A DNA stretch of 63,254 nt, the filler included, from Craspedostauros australis (Eukaryota): assembly GCA_030167865.1 (NCBI GenBank). It is 8 parts of 8 records of this genome, joined end to end, with 100 filler letters (N's around TTAATTAATTAA, not from the genome) between each part and the next. Parts side by side here need not be neighbours in the genome. Positions count along the whole stretch, not along the records: positions 11,135 to 22,635 come from JALAGF010005847.1; positions 22,736 to 30,902 come from JALAGF010005848.1; 6 more parts are not named here. One strand, given 5' to 3'. Shown piece by piece: positions 11,822 to 25,564 of the stretch. The notes under the pieces are model-generated. The model was not told the origin of the DNA. It saw nothing but the letters and a program-made list of their open reading frames with translations, and searched no databases. Within the stretch, counting starts at the first letter, position 1. Every line of letters begins with the position of its first letter. The position numbers and the translations under genes were made by a program.

Positions 11822-13993
11822 TCACAGCGCATCCAAATCCAACGCCGCCCGCCGCACGGGCTGTTTGGGAACGGCATCCCACGACGCGTTCTTGCCGGGC
11901 AGGTTGGCCTCGTCTTCTTCATCAAAATCGTTGTCGAAACGATTGGCGCTGCCGATGCGTCGCGGTGTCTGCGCCGACTTTTGTCGTCGCGCATGCGCCC
12001 GCGATATCGACGCACCGTTCGTATTGCTGCTGCTGCCGACGCGCTTGAGACCACCGCCGCTGCCGACACGTTTCATGCTATTGCCGCTGCCGACGCGTTT
12101 GAGACCACTGCCGCTGCCGACGCGTTTCATACCGTTATCCGTACTACGCTCGCGCCGCGCGCTGGCGCCTTCACGTCGCCGCGTGGGCCGCGGTTGCTTC
12201 GAAGTGCGTTCGGCATGGCGATGCCGATGCGTTCGCGCTTCGTCGCTCATATTGCGCTGCGGTTCATTGACGCGCCGCCGGCTGACACGATGCGCCGCGG
12301 GGCCGTGCTCGCTGCGCGTCAATTCGTCGCTGCCGTTGCGCCGACCATTGTTCATGATATCGCTGGAGCTGACGGGACGTCGCTGGCTGCTTGGTTTGCG
12401 CGTGGGCTCATCGGCACGTCCCACGAATCGACGTTCGCTTTGCGGGCGTTTGCTGCCGCTGTGATTGCTGCCCGACAGTTCATCGTGTCGCCTTGAGCCG
12501 TGCAGACGGCGACTCGACGATGGACGATCCTCGCGTTCTTTGGAATGGTCGTCGCTCGAGGGCGCGCGCCTCGAACGTCTGCCGACGCTGTGGTTGCTGC
12601 CGGACAGCTCGTCGTGTCCCAGACGGCGCGAACTGCGCGGTCGGCGGGTCGATTTGGCATCCTGATCGCTGGGTCGCCGACCGCCGATGCTGTGATTGCT
12701 CGATGACAATTCATCGACGCGCCTCGAACTGTGCGGACGGCGCGAGGAATGATCGTCGGATGAATTGCTGACGTTGGATCCCAACGTGCGCCTGTGCAAT
12801 CGTCGCGTGCCGTGTTCGCTCTTGGTGAGCTCCGACGATCCGGAACGCCTCGCCGTGCGGCGGTGCGTGGGGGTTGTGTCGTCCGAACCGTTTCTGCGCG
12901 TGTTGCGTGCCCGACGATGCTCGCTGGTGCCCAAGGTATCGCGTGATTTGCCGCGCTTGCGGAGATGGGCGTTCATCATGGGCGAATGGGAGGTTGTCGC
13001 GGGTGCCGTGTTGATGGACATGGTGCCCAGGGATTGTCGACGCCTCGCACGGCCCGGCGGTCGTTGCGGTGGCGGCGTGATTGCGGGTTCGGATGGCGGC
13101 GGAGGAGCGTCATCGTCGACACTGGTGATGTTGGACATGGAGGATCGACGCACGGCTCGACGACCGATGGCCCTGGACCCATGCTCGCTCCTTGCGCCCA
13201 ACGGATCCGCCCGTGGCACATCGCGCCGACGTGACGATAGCTTGTCCCCACGCGCCGATCTTTGCTTGGGGGGATGCGCGTGACTGTGACCGTGCTCGTT
13301 GCTCGCTGGGTCTTCGAATGTGTCCACGCTGGTGCTGCGCTGGTGGCGGCTGCGTCCCTTGTTGGCGATGCCGCCGAATGCCCCGTTGCGAGCTGTGTGC
13401 CTTCCTCTCAACGATCGATTGGGAATGGCGCCGCTCTTGGAGGGCGATCCGCTTCCATCCTGCTTCCTCGTGCGGAGGCGCCGAATGCGATCCAGTTCTT
13501 TCGCTTCGTTGCCGCCCATGTGGTTGCTGCTGTCCATGCCGCTGTGGTCCATTCCGCTGTCGAAGCTGTTGTGATAAAGGCTGCTGTTGTTGTGGTCGCT
13601 GGTGCTGATGGATGCGTTGGTGGATGCATTCATGGATGCATTCATGGACGCCCCACCAGCTCTGCTCTTCGTCGCGCTGCCGCCAGAGTTGATGCTTGCG
13701 ACATGGAGGGATCCTCCTGCGCTGCCGCTCGTCTGGCGGAACATGTTCTCCAACGCACCGCTGTACCGCTTGTTGGGCTTGGCATGGTGGAAGGCATCAT
13801 CGTCGGCGGCCGCGAAGGAGTCATCCAAGTCGCTCTCGCTGTCATAGTCATCGTCGTCGAAGCTGTGCGTCTTCTCGTGCGTCGTGACTTCGTGCGCTTC
13901 CTCGCACTTCTCCGTGAACCAATCATCGAATGCGTCCAACCGCTTGTGCAGCGTATCCGCGTTGAATCCGTCATCGTCGGCCGATGAAGTCAT
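11822..13993 (-). CDS. 723-aa Ser/Arg-rich intrinsically disordered protein
   Basis: Long ATG-initiated ORF with internal repeats DELSxSNHS, SEHG and (M/L)KRVGSG x4; no recognisable domain. Confidence 0.7.
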   Translation of the reverse strand: MTSSADDDGFNADTLHKRLDAFDDWFTEKCEEAHEVTTHEKTHSFDDDDYDSESDLDDSFAAADDDAFHHAKPNKRYSGALENMFRQTSGSAGGSLHVASINSGGSATKSRAGGASMNASMNASTNASISTSDHNNSSLYHNSFDSGMDHSGMDSSNHMGGNEAKELDRIRRLRTRKQDGSGSPSKSGAIPNRSLRGRHTARNGAFGGIANKGRSRHQRSTSVDTFEDPASNEHGHSHAHPPKQRSARGDKLSSRRRDVPRADPLGARSEHGSRAIGRRAVRRSSMSNITSVDDDAPPPPSEPAITPPPQRPPGRARRRQSLGTMSINTAPATTSHSPMMNAHLRKRGKSRDTLGTSEHRRARNTRRNGSDDTTPTHRRTARRSGSSELTKSEHGTRRLHRRTLGSNVSNSSDDHSSRRPHSSRRVDELSSSNHSIGGRRPSDQDAKSTRRPRSSRRLGHDELSGSNHSVGRRSRRAPSSDDHSKEREDRPSSSRRLHGSRRHDELSGSNHSGSKRPQSERRFVGRADEPTRKPSSQRRPVSSSDIMNNGRRNGSDELTRSEHGPAAHRVSRRRVNEPQRNMSDEARTHRHRHAERTSKQPRPTRRREGASARRERSTDNGMKRVGSGSGLKRVGSGNSMKRVGSGGGLKRVGSSSNTNGASISRAHARRQKSAQTPRRIGSANRFDNDFDEEDEANLPGKNASWDAVPKQPVRRAALDLDAL

Positions 13994-14129
13994 GCTTCAA
14001 TATGCTTTGAGTTGTCGTATTCTGTATTATGTGGTGCAATATAGTGCAATATCATACAATATCATATAGTAGAATATAATGGTTGTGGTTGTATAGTATT
14101 CTTTGATACTTGTGCGGAATCAATTGCAA

Positions 14130-14191
14130 TTCAATGAAGTTGGATTCAATGAAGTTGGATTCAATGAAGTTGGATTCAATGAAGTTGGATT
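14130..14191. repeat. 15-bp tandem repeat (TTCAATGAAGTTGGA) x4
   Basis: Four perfect copies ~140 nt upstream of the ATG at 13993. Confidence 0.95.
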
Positions 14192-15213
14192 GTGCACAAC
14201 CTTCCTGACTCTGTGGCAACCAAGCAGGCAGCTCCGAGCAAAGCTCGATCTATGATAGAGAGGCAGAGAGCCAGAGAAGAGCAGAGAGAGAGAAGAGATT
14301 GTGCGACGCCTTCTTTGCAGCAAATCGGAGAAAACGAAAACGAGAAAAAGACTGCGGAGAACCCTTCCTCTCAGCGTTTTCTTGGTGCTGCTTCGAATGG
14401 ATGTGATGGCTGTCTCTTGCTTCCTTGATCCGGCAGATGCAATGAGATGGATGCAATGGATAAGATGAAGTCTCGTATGATGGATGGTATTCTGTGCCTT
14501 TGTATGATGCCACTCGACGCAACGCGACCTCTCCTTGTGATCAGATGACTGTTACTCCACTTCACTTCACTCCAACGTGTTTCCTTCGACGAATCCTCTC
14601 TCACCCACGACGCTCCACTGTCCACGCCCACACCACAACGAGAAGGCAAATCAAGCACGACAAAATAACAACAATCTTTCTCCTCTCTTTTGACGAACAG
14701 ACAGACAGACATGGTAAGCGCATCCGGGTCATTCTCCCAATTGACAAGCCCGTTCGCTCGGACAAATAAGGCGGTCAACCACAAAGCACGCGATAATTCT
14801 TTGTCGACCAGCGGAGAATCCCGCCTTCCTGTGCTTTCATCACGTTTTGGCGAAGTGCGCGTGTGGAATTCTGTGTGCGAATGTTTGGTGGTTGCGTTGG
14901 ATGCGAGCGAATGATGTGGTGATACTCATGCTCTGTGTTGTCTTCATCGTTGTCTCTCTGCAGAGAGAGAGAGAGGGAGTCTATCATACTTCCAAGTTAT
15001 TAATAATAGTATTCCTACTTGATGGCTGCATGGCTGTATAGTGTGGCACTGGCATGTCCTCAACTGACCATGAGACAATCATGTCAGCTGAGCTAATGTT
15101 GGCGATCCATGGTGTGCTGCATTAACTTTTGCGCGCATCCGTGGTCGCATCCATGGTCGCATCTCCTCTCATTCCATTCCATCTCTCGCATCACCGCCGG
15201 CTTCATTTCATAT

Positions 15214-18200
15214 TTATTTGTACACGCCGTAGAATCCATGGACGATGAATCGATCATCGTCTTCATTGTCGGCCTCCTTGCTCTTGGATGATGATGGTGC
15301 TGCCTTCTTCTTGCCGGCCTTGTCTTTGCCGCTGCTGTCCTTGCCGGATTTCTTGCCCTTCTTGCTGGTCTTGCCTCCACCCATCTCAAACGGTGATGCC
15401 CATGCGCCGGCCTTGTTGTAATTCACGGACTTGCGATGCAGCTCGTCTTGATCGATCGGACCGCCCAGCTCGAAGGGAAGGTAACGCTTCAGTCTCGGAT
15501 CGTTCACGTCGTCGACGTCGACGTCGGCGTCGTTGTAGGCGGATGGTGGCAGCGTGCCAACGCCATTTAGTTGGATCTTCTTCCTGCCCTTCATGGCTCG
15601 CTCGGCCAGCGCCGATGCTCCATTCGATACGCTCGGAGGTTTGGCGCTGAACATGCTCTTGCTCTTCTTCGGTTTAGCAGTCTTGCGTGGCGTTGGCCGA
15701 TTGGAGCTGCCGCTGTCTGGCTCAAGCGTTCGGCTCGAGGTCGGCTGAACGGGGACATCGGCGGTGAACATCGAAATGGATTTTGGTTTTTGCTTCAGCT
15801 TCGCGCTGTTGGAGGAAGCGGATTTGGTGCCTGGTCTTGGTCTCGCAGCTTTGGTCGCCTTGCTTGATGGTAACTTTGACTCAGTTTCAGCGCCAGCATT
15901 GGCGTGGTCATTGTCATGCGCAGTCTTCTTTGAAGCTCCATCTGCATCCGCAGGTGNNNNNNNNNNNNNNNNNNNNNNNNNNNNNNNNNNNNNNNNNNNN
16001 NNNNNNGCAGGTGCCTTGCTTGGCCTTGCCTTTGGTTTTGGCTTCGTCTTCTGTTTGGTGCTCGGCTTGCTTGGTGCCTTCGAGGTTTTCGGAGCTGCTG
16101 ATCTCGTCGCCTTTCCACCTTTCTTGCCGTCGCGGTTGGCATCATCGGTACTGCCCTCGTTGTCGCTTGTGATCAACTCATCGCGCCACACTTCCACAGA
16201 CGATCCATCCGATCGGCGTGAGCTGTGGCTGTATTCGGTGTAACTGTAATCACCAGCGCTTGCGCCCCTGCTCTCACAGTCATTGATACTGATACTGCCT
16301 CCATCACTTTGATTGTCTTTCTGGTCGTCATGTTCGCTGCCACTGTCGTGATCTGCGTTGCTACCACCATAATACGAATCAAAGTCGCTGTCATCATGAT
16401 TTCCAGTCGCATCCGCATTCGCATTTGCAGACGCGGTTGGGGCTTTTGGCGTGCCGCCGTTGGGGTTGCGACCCTGCTTGTTCTTGTTTCCGTGTTTATG
16501 CTTGCCGGCATCGACACGTTTGTCATTGCTGTCATCAGGTCCAGCTTCATCGTCTGAGTAATCCGACACCACGCGTCCATCCGGCGGCAATCGATCGGAA
16601 TCGTCGATCAAACCAAAGTCATCAGTCTGATCAGACTTCAAGGTGTCGTTCATGTAATCATCACCGCTATCTGCATCCGTCCGATCCAGCTGTTCCGCGT
16701 CTCTTTCCATTGGAGTGTTTGGACGTTGACGATCAACATGCTTCAAATTGATGATGTTGTTGTCGTTGACACCTTTCTTGCCACCGTTGATGTGCTTCCT
16801 ACCATTTCCAGTGGTGACACCACTGCTGTCACCATGATCGTCACCATTGTTTTTGGCAGTCCTTCGGACGTTTCTGAGCTTCACATTTTCATCGCTGCCA
16901 AGCTCTCGCTGTGGCATCGATTCTCGCCTCCCAATTGTCCTTCCACGACCATCTCGATCTGTCTCTGCAATATCACCACGTCCACCTCTCTTGAAGGGAC
17001 GCAGCTTCTTGCGATCGTCAGACTTCTGGGTGCGTCGGTCGGACATCTTCCCTCTCATGGGTTTGAGCTGAACGAGCATATCTCCTTCAGCGTGCGGTTC
17101 CTTTGGCAGCGAACCGACGCGCATTTGTCGTCGTGACTCCTCTTCCGACCGCAACGACTCACCTGCATCAGGATTGTTTGACTGGCTCTTGGAGGTGGAT
17201 GCGTCCAGTTCGCCTGGATCGCTCTTGCTGCGATCTCTCTTGAAATGACGCAAACGCGGATATCCGTCCATGCCAATTTCGTTGGACGTGCCGATGGCGT
17301 CCAAGGATCGTCGGCGGTTCATCTTCTTGGCTCCGCCGGAAGTCGAGCGGATGGATTCATTCATGACTTCGTCGCCGTAGTCGTCATCTCGCGCGTTGTC
17401 TGCGTACGGATGCAGCCGGTGATCCTCCTCTTCCTCCATGCGGGTGCGCGCCAATTCCGTGCCTTGCGCAGCACGCCGGTGCCGGTTGGAGGACTTGTCG
17501 TCGTTGTCCATGTTCGTGCCGTGACTGCTGGGATGCGGCGAGTCTCCGAAGTAGTGCGAGGAGTCCTCGAGCTCGTCCTCGCCCCTTTCCGACGGGGTGG
17601 CGCCGGATCGGTTGCTCTTCGATGTGCGCCGCAGGTTGATTTCTTGGTGCTCCGGCACGCTGTGATCCCCGATGGAATTACCTCGGCGAAGCAACGTGCT
17701 TCTGCTGCGTCCGCCGCTGCCAACGCCGGGGGTTCCCGCACCGCCGCGACCGAGCCCCCGCTGGCTTGCCTTCATATGCGTCGAATCGTCGATCTCGTCG
17801 TCTCCAAAATCCGAACCGCGGCCCAACCTCGAGCGTTGGTGCTGCCCTCGTGACGACTTGTTCACGTCCGACTTGCCCGGTGGGCTCGCCATGACGAATG
17901 CAGGATCGGAGGCGACGTGTTCTGAATTATCAATGTCGTCTTCGCCCGCATCGGACACTCTGGCGAGCCGCGTCTTGCGCAGCAACAGACGCGAACGACG
18001 TATCGATGCCTGCTCGCGGTCGGGTTGCTTGGATCGTTTCAGATTGAGCGCGTATCCCTTCGTGGACGACACGGGCTTTTTGGAGACGCCGCCGGTCGGC
18101 TTCAACTTGACTTCGCTCGGATGCGCTGGCAGCGTTTTCGGTTGAGGCTGCGCCCTCTTGTTGTGCGGCGCGCCGTCATCCGATTCCTTGCCGAGCATGA

Positions 18201-20117
18201 AGCGCTTCGAGTTGGAGTTGCCGGTGATGTCGGACACCGCCGTGTCCGTGCCGTCGGCCGAGGCGTAGTTGGTGCTGCGACGTGAGTTTCGCGTGGAGTC
18301 GTCGTTGCCCTCCGAGTTGAGCGCATCGTCTTCCACGTAGTCCGATCCGGGCGCTTCCAACGACGAGTCGTCATCCGTCAGCTGATCGAAGCACGGGATG
18401 ATCTCCATGGGAATGCCCAGGCTGCGGTTGCCAGCCTCGGATCCCTTGTCGTTGAATTCTGGGAAATACTCGTCACCCTCGACGATGTCCATGACGTTCG
18501 ATCCGTCCATCGTCATCTCCTCCTCCATTTCCTCGATTTCGCCATCGACGTCGTACACCTTTTGGATCTTCCAGTGCTTGTCCGTCTTGATGGGATCTTC
18601 CTTCTTGTCGTCGTCCGTATCGATTTTGAGCTGCCCGACAGCGTCCGGCACCTTATCGTCGTCAACTTCCGCGTCCTTTTCTTCGTGATCGTCGTCATGG
18701 AACGAGGATGTGAGATCCTCCTTCTGCTTCGTGATCGAGACTTCGAGATTCTGCATGACGGAGGCGTCGTCGGGCACGCAGAGCAGATTGCACAGCGTCA
18801 CCTTCAATTCACGTTCGGGAACGTCGTAGATCGGTTCCGAATTGTCGACGACGACATCGTCCTCCTCCCAAACACGCTTGACGCGCCATCGGCGGTGTTC
18901 GGGGTTGTTGGAAGAGCTGGCACCGGAGCGCGTCAACCAGACGCTCGGGATCTTGAGTCGCTGTGGCGCGGATGGGTCATGCTGATTCTGTGATTTGCGG
19001 ACTTGTTTTGTTTGCGATGCGTCGGCGTCATCGCTGTGCTTGCCTTCTTCTTTGTCTTGGACATCGGCGAGTTCAGCATCCCCGTTGGCCCGGCGGCGAC
19101 GCGTCTTGCCCTTGTCGTCGTCATCGCTGCCGGTCAAACTCACTTCGTAATTTCCGGTCTGCAAAAAGCCGGGCAACGCGCCCGGTTTCATCTTGAACCG
19201 CTTATCCGACGTGATCTTCTCGACCGGCGCATCATGGATATTGGCGACGGCTTCTTCATACTGCCGAAGCAACGTGGCTCGATCGCGCGGACCGACGTAC
19301 CGCACCTTGTAACTGTGCCGCGATGGCTTGTGCTTGCGTGTCGTCGGCGATAAGAATTCATCGTGCAGCATGCTGTGCATCGTATTCTCCATGGGCAAGG
19401 CCTCGTTGGCATCGTGCAACGGTTGCGTGAAGGAGGTCTGATGCTGGCTATCGAGCGTGCGTGTCGGAGAATGGCCAATGCGTCTGGACGATAATCGTTT
19501 GCCGAATTTGCGCTGCGACGGCGTCTTCACGGCGACGCGTGGTTTGGCATTGAGCGGCGAGCCCATGCCGTCCCTGTCGCCGGACATCAGGCGCATGCGG
19601 GGTTGAAAGAGCTTGCCTGCGTTGCGACCAGATGCGTGATCCGCCTTGGGCCGATTGGCCTTGATGAAGACATTGTCGGCACCGCCACCCAACGCGACGG
19701 GCGGCCATCGCTCACGGATGCTCTTGATGATGCGGATGGAAGACGATGGCTTCTTCGGTGATTGCGGCACAGGCGGCTTCTTCTTCGTGATGTCGGGCAA
19801 CAGCGGAGCCTTCGTGACCTTGCGCTTCGGCATGCGCGTGCGCTTGCGCAGGGAGGAATTGGAAGGGCTCTTGGACAGCGCCATGGTGGTTCCGTCGGCG
19901 TGGATCTTGACTTTGATCTCCGCAGTCTTGGGGACGGCCTGTTTGGATGCCTTGCGCGACTTTGTGACCGTCTTGGCTCTTGACTTGGTGGGCGTTGTTG
20001 TTGAATGCGATGGTGGTGGCGGCGGCGGAGGTGCTTTCAATGGCATTTCTCCTATCTCGTGCTCATGTTGGTGGTCGTCCTTGTTTGTGCTGTTGTCGTT
20101 GTCACTGTGCTCTTCGC

Positions 20118-20148
<31 letters not shown>

Positions 20149-21825
20149 GCCATTGTTGTTGCCATTGTTGTTGTTTTTGTTCTTGTGACGGCGATCCTTA
20201 TGATCATGATCATCTTCTTTGGTGTTCGCATTGATGTTGCGGCGTGATGTGTTGCCCGTTCGGCATCCTGACAATCCATGACGGAAGCTGCGTTTCTTGC
20301 GCAGTTCGAATGGCTTGTCCACATCGCCGTCGTCATCGTCGTCATCATCATGTTGTTGGAACATGGAGGGGATGGAACCCGTGCCACGGAACAGGTTGCG
20401 AGCCGACGAGACGAGGGACTTGCCCGAGCCTTGTGGTTGTCGATGCAGTGTGGGTCGTCGTCGTTGGGATGAATTCGGCTCTTCGCTTGGTTGTTGTTGC
20501 TGTTCGGCGTGCGATAACTTTTTGGGAATGACGACGGATGCGGAACGATGCATCTTGTGGCCTCGCTGCTGTTGTTGCTGCTGTTTGGATTCCAGCTGCG
20601 TCTCGTACACGGACAACACCGATCTGGACTTGACTGGTCGACGTCGCCTTGCTGCAGTTTTGGTCGTAGTTTTGTCTGCGACCTTCAATTCCTTGGGTGT
20701 TTCGCCATCGACGTTGGTGCCAACATCAACTTCGTTGTTGTCAGTCTTCGCAGTCGCGGGTACAGTTGTTCCTGTGTTGGCATCGCCCAAAAGATTCCGA
20801 CGGCTGCGTCTCTGTTTGGTTTTGCTCTTCGCGCCACCATTCTGTCTGATGTCCTCATCAGCAACAGCGTTGTTGTCACTGATGTCTGTCTCAGTCGTGT
20901 TGGTACTTGCGACAGGAACATCAGCATCCTGTTGTTTGTCATCGGCTGTTTTATCACCAACTTCTTCATGTGACTTGTCTTGCGTCTTATCCACTTGCTT
21001 GCCCGCCGACTGCGATGCACCTGTGTCATCCGACAGGACATCGTCATAGCTCTTGCTCGATTTCAACACGCTTCGCTTCTTCGTCTTCTTCTTCTTCGTG
21101 TTATGGAACGACGACGACAGCAGATCCGGCGTGTCGTCGTACCAATTGAAGAATGGCGAGCTCGTCGACTTGGACGTGCCGATGAATGACTTGGCCTTGT
21201 CCCGCACGGGTGTTGTGCTCTTCGGTCGTTGCGGTGAATGCGCGTGCATGGACTTGGATTTCGTGTCGACCGATGGCGGCGTGCGCGTCGTCGACGGTTT
21301 GGAAGGTGACAACGTGAACGTCGATTGAAATGCAGGCGGCAAGTTCTTGGGATCCTTGCGTGGCTTCCATCGCTTGCGCACGACGGTGCTCTTGCTTGTG
21401 TCTTGCACAGGCGACGACTTGGTGGCAGCACCATACGTCAATGGCTTGCTCACGGGCGACGACAGCGTCCAAAACAATGACTTCTTTTCGGGTTGCGCCG
21501 ACACGTCCTTCTCGACGACATCCGACATGGCCGCCGTTGTCGATGATGATCGATCGTCGCGCAGATTCGGCTTCGTCGTCGGACTCAGATGCAGTTCGAA
21601 CGATGCGCTCTTGTCGTTGGTCACGCGGCTGGCCTGCGATCTGGATTTGGGACTGCTGTTCTCAATGGATCGTCGGCTGCTGTTGTGGAACGAGGCACGA
21701 AAGGCTGGTGGCAAATGAGGATCGAACTGCTCTTGTGAATTCTGCTGCTGCGAATCATGACCCTTGCCCAACAGCTCGTCGATGCCCAGAGACCGGCTTG
21801 ACGATGGTGCCGTGCTGGAATCCAT
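15214..21825 (-). CDS. ~2200-aa low-complexity/disordered protein
   Basis: 6.6-kb ORF (one internal N gap) with poly-Q/N/D/P tracts, a duplicated motif RWRVKRVWEED / HWKIQKVYDVD and a more complex C-terminus (RYLPFELGGPID). Confidence 0.8.
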
Positions 21826-23147
21826 TGTTGTCGTTGGGCGATGAACGCCTGCGTGTTGGGGAGGGTTGTGCCTCTCCCCAAAAGTCTCGTGGCGCTATCT
21901 GGCAGAGCAGGTCGTACTAGTAAGCGGTGTCGTTGTGCTCACGAACCCTTTCGATCACCCAAACCAAGCAGGTACCCACGCAGGTGACGCAACCAGAGAC
22001 GTCCTTGCTTCACGCACTCGTGTGGTACACTGTGGTATGCTATGGCGCCTGATGTTCGTGGTCGCAACTTGTGCTCAATGTCGCTGTGCGTGGTACGGCT
22101 CGTGGTGTGGCTTGTATGACGACGGTTCGTCCCACTTCAACAATAGGCGCCGAAGGCAACAATCGCAACAAAGTTAAAGACAAGGACGAGGATGGTTGTT
22201 GTCTTGTCTCTCTTGTTGTTCTTGTTCTTGTTGGCGGTGTTGATGTGCAGAACTCGTCCAGTCATGTGCCATTGTCGTGCCACCCTTGATCTATCACAAG
22301 CTTTGTTGTGCTGCCTTCACTCACTGCACCTCTCTCTGTTTCCTGCACAAGCGTTCTTGCTGTTCGTGTTGGGTGATGATGTGAGTCGTTCCCTGGAGAG
22401 GCGCTTTCTGTCCAAATCACTCCAACCGGTTGCTATCTCGTGTGGAGTCCTTGTTTCCAATTCCATCCGAACATGGATGATGTTGTCGTTGAGTACTTTA
22501 AGCCTCAAGTATCTGTCCTACGCCGTGTCCTTCGTTAATTAGGATATTGTCATGGTAGTTCCTTGACATTAATATGGTCTTGGATACGCGACAAGAATAG
22601 GGTCATTGTGACCCCAGCTCCAACAATCAAAATCCNNNNNNNNNNNNNNNNNNNNNNNNNNNNNNNNNNNNNNNNNNNNTTAATTAATTAANNNNNNNNN
22701 NNNNNNNNNNNNNNNNNNNNNNNNNNNNNNNNNNNACTACAAAAGGCGAAGCGAGGATAACCGTGACTCGATCGCACCAATGTCTCGTGACTAAAAACGA
22801 ATCCAGAAAACAGAAATCATGACAGAATTTTGGATCTTTTGCTTTGTGTGAATTATCGGAGCCACGGCAGCAGCAGTGCGGTCAAACGAGTCGGAAACCG
22901 TATCCAATAGACCAGCAAAGAAAACAAACAACAAAAGAGGTCGTCCAAAGCAAACACAGACTTTGGTCATAATCCATCATTAGAACAACTTCATACCTCA
23001 TCACACATCGCTACGTTTCAATAGATCAGACATCTGTGATATTGTGTCGAAATGTCAGCACTGATTAGACCGGCGTAGGCAGTGGTGAGATCGTGGGCTC
23101 TGGTTTGGAGGTAATTGTTAATGTAGTTGTCGATTAGTTGGTTTGAC

Positions 23148-23795
23148 TGTTGGTTGGTGAGTTTGATTGAACTCACGAATTATGAGATGAGGATGAGATG
23201 TTGTTCTGGACTGATTGCAATTTGCAGGGTCAGCAGCATCTCTCGTCTGAACGACCGTGATCTTCATCTTCATTCATTTTGCATTCGTCGTGATGCGCCG
23301 CGTTATCCGCCATGAGCATCATCGACATGCGGTTTGATTCGGTCGCGATGCGCCGTGTTATCGGCCATGAGCATCGTCGACATTCTGTTTGTTTCGGTCG
23401 TGATGTGCCTTGTTTCGGCTCTGAAACATCCTCGACCTTCTGTCTGTATCTCTCGCACTGTCCTGTGTTATTCTGATCTTGGTCTTGCATTGCGATTGTA
23501 CTCCGATATCGTATTCGGTAGGGTTGGTACTTGTCATCCGGATCCACGGTTGATTCGGATGCGTTTTCCGTGTTTTTGTGTTTTCGAGTTTTGGGCTCCC
23601 ACACGATGGGCATTGTTGAAAAATGTGGCGCGCAGTGATATCTTCGATTCGTGGATGTCTCCGTGATCAATCCTCCGTGATCGAAGATTCGCTCCTGACA
23701 CGATCGGGAAATTCCCGTGCCTTAAGGTTGTCAGTCACTGGAATAATCCCACAACATCAAACTCTGTATGCACGCTATCTTGCGAGAAGCCAACA
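23148..23795. mobile_element. Possible solo LTR remnant
   Basis: Ends TGTTGGTT...AAGCCAACA; flanks TGAC/CGAC (one mismatch); non-coding, contains a 55-bp duplication. Confidence 0.25.
23292..23409. repeat. 55-bp imperfect tandem duplication (2 copies plus start of a third)
   Basis: GATGCGCCG(C/T)GTTATC(C/G)GCCATGAGCATC(A/G)TCGACAT... at 23292 and 23347; GATGTGCC at 23402. Confidence 0.85.
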
Positions 23796-25564
23796 CGACA
23801 AGCTCCAGCACAGCTGACACATTCCCATGTTTGCTCCCCAACACTCACTGTGGATGAATCGAGGCCACGAAGACATGATGCAACACGAAGCAAAGCGGAT
23901 TGATGCAGAGATGGAGCAACACAACATGACGTCGTCGAAACGTAACAAAGCACCAACCTCGCCCCATCCTCTCACAATTTAATCTCGCAACCAACCAGCT
24001 CATAAAATTGAACTTCACACAACACAAAGCAAAAGACACAAAACACATCATCATCATCATCATCATCTGTTAGAACGGAATCGTAGATGGGTTGGAGGAT
24101 ACCGCACTGAGAACATAGAGTGATCAGATCTTTGTTGTTGGTGAGGAAAGTGTTGTTTACTGTGTTGTTCGTATGAGTAGGTAGGATGCTGTCAAGCTCA
24201 CAAGATTGTATTCTTGGAACTGTGAGCATGAGAGAGACATGACATGGTCTCATGCAATTGGAAGCAAAATTAGCACGGAGACAACATGATAAATGTGTGT
24301 GTTGCTGCATGAAGTAGAGTTGGCAGAAGTCAATGAACAAAGCACCACGATACCTCATGTTGTGAATTACGTCTTCTCATGATGTTGCTAGTTGTACGAT
24401 CACACAATTGATCGTATTCACTTGAGAAGGTTGTGGTAAGATTCGCACGTGTCGCACCCAAGATCCAAGTCTGTCCTGATTGGGCAGATTGATTCATCTT
24501 GGCAAGAAATCCATTTCCGCGACATTTTGGAAACTGTGAATGACAGGAAAACGGTTCTTGCGACGCAAAATGTGACACAAATTTAACACAACGGATTTTC
24601 GACCAAAAATTTCAGTTCGGAACGGAAAAAGTAAGAAATGTGAAGGTTTCTGATTGGTCGACGGGTGTCGCTGTTGTTAGAGATTTAGCGTGCGCTAATA
24701 TCTGTCAGGAATCGGGTGTTCTGAAACACCGCATTACCGCACCTCCCACGAAAAAGGAGTCGAATGTCATGATATGCTACATTACCGCAACTACCACCTT
24801 TGGATCTTTGTGACAGAGAAATGTGAGCTGCACGTGTTTTCGTGATGGAGAACGCCACGTGCCGAATGCGAACCGGACTATGGTGTCTGTGACCTCAATG
24901 CAGGAATGCGAATCACACGTGTATGTCGCAGGGGGCAGGGATGTTGGAATCGTGACCAACATCACGATACACGCAACTACGGCCCCCATGTCGCATCCAA
25001 TGAGAAAAGAGTACTGGAGGAAGGCCGATGTCACGAAGAGTGAGATGGCCTGTGAACGGATCAGCAATGACAAACCTGCGAAGAACCGATGAAATGATTG
25101 GTGAAGTGATTGGAGAGGTATTGGAGAAGCATCGGAGATTATTGGAGAGGCACCGGAGATGATCGGAGATGTGTGATGATGAGGAGCTGAGAGAGCCCTC
25201 ATCCAAGGTGTTCCTGTGACAAATGGGAGACCATGATCTGATCAAATGAACCAAGCTGTGTGATGCCTACAACTTGGCGATGTCTAAGCCAACAAAACTA
25301 TCAGTGGAGGACAACGTGCTTGAGTGCACAGACATGGGGCACTTGGTGGTGCATGCATGTCCATGATGAATTTGCGATGAATGCAAGATGGATGCCTGCT
25401 AGACCAACAGAGGGACCCATGGAGATCTTGGGAGGAGATCAAACTTGGAAGTTGAGAGCAATGAACAGCTCACAGTTCAGAGAAGTAGATTCTAACAAAC
25501 AACTAGCTTTCTACTATCACCACCACCCCGGATTTCCAATAAATATCATCACCACCACCCAACC

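Noticed and set aside
24068..24588. Solo LTR TGTTA...TAACA
   Set aside because: Only a 5-bp inverted repeat and no convincing TSD (TCATC vs CAACG).
25095..25152. ATTGGAGA-type short repeats
   Set aside because: Degenerate minisatellite with no supportable function.
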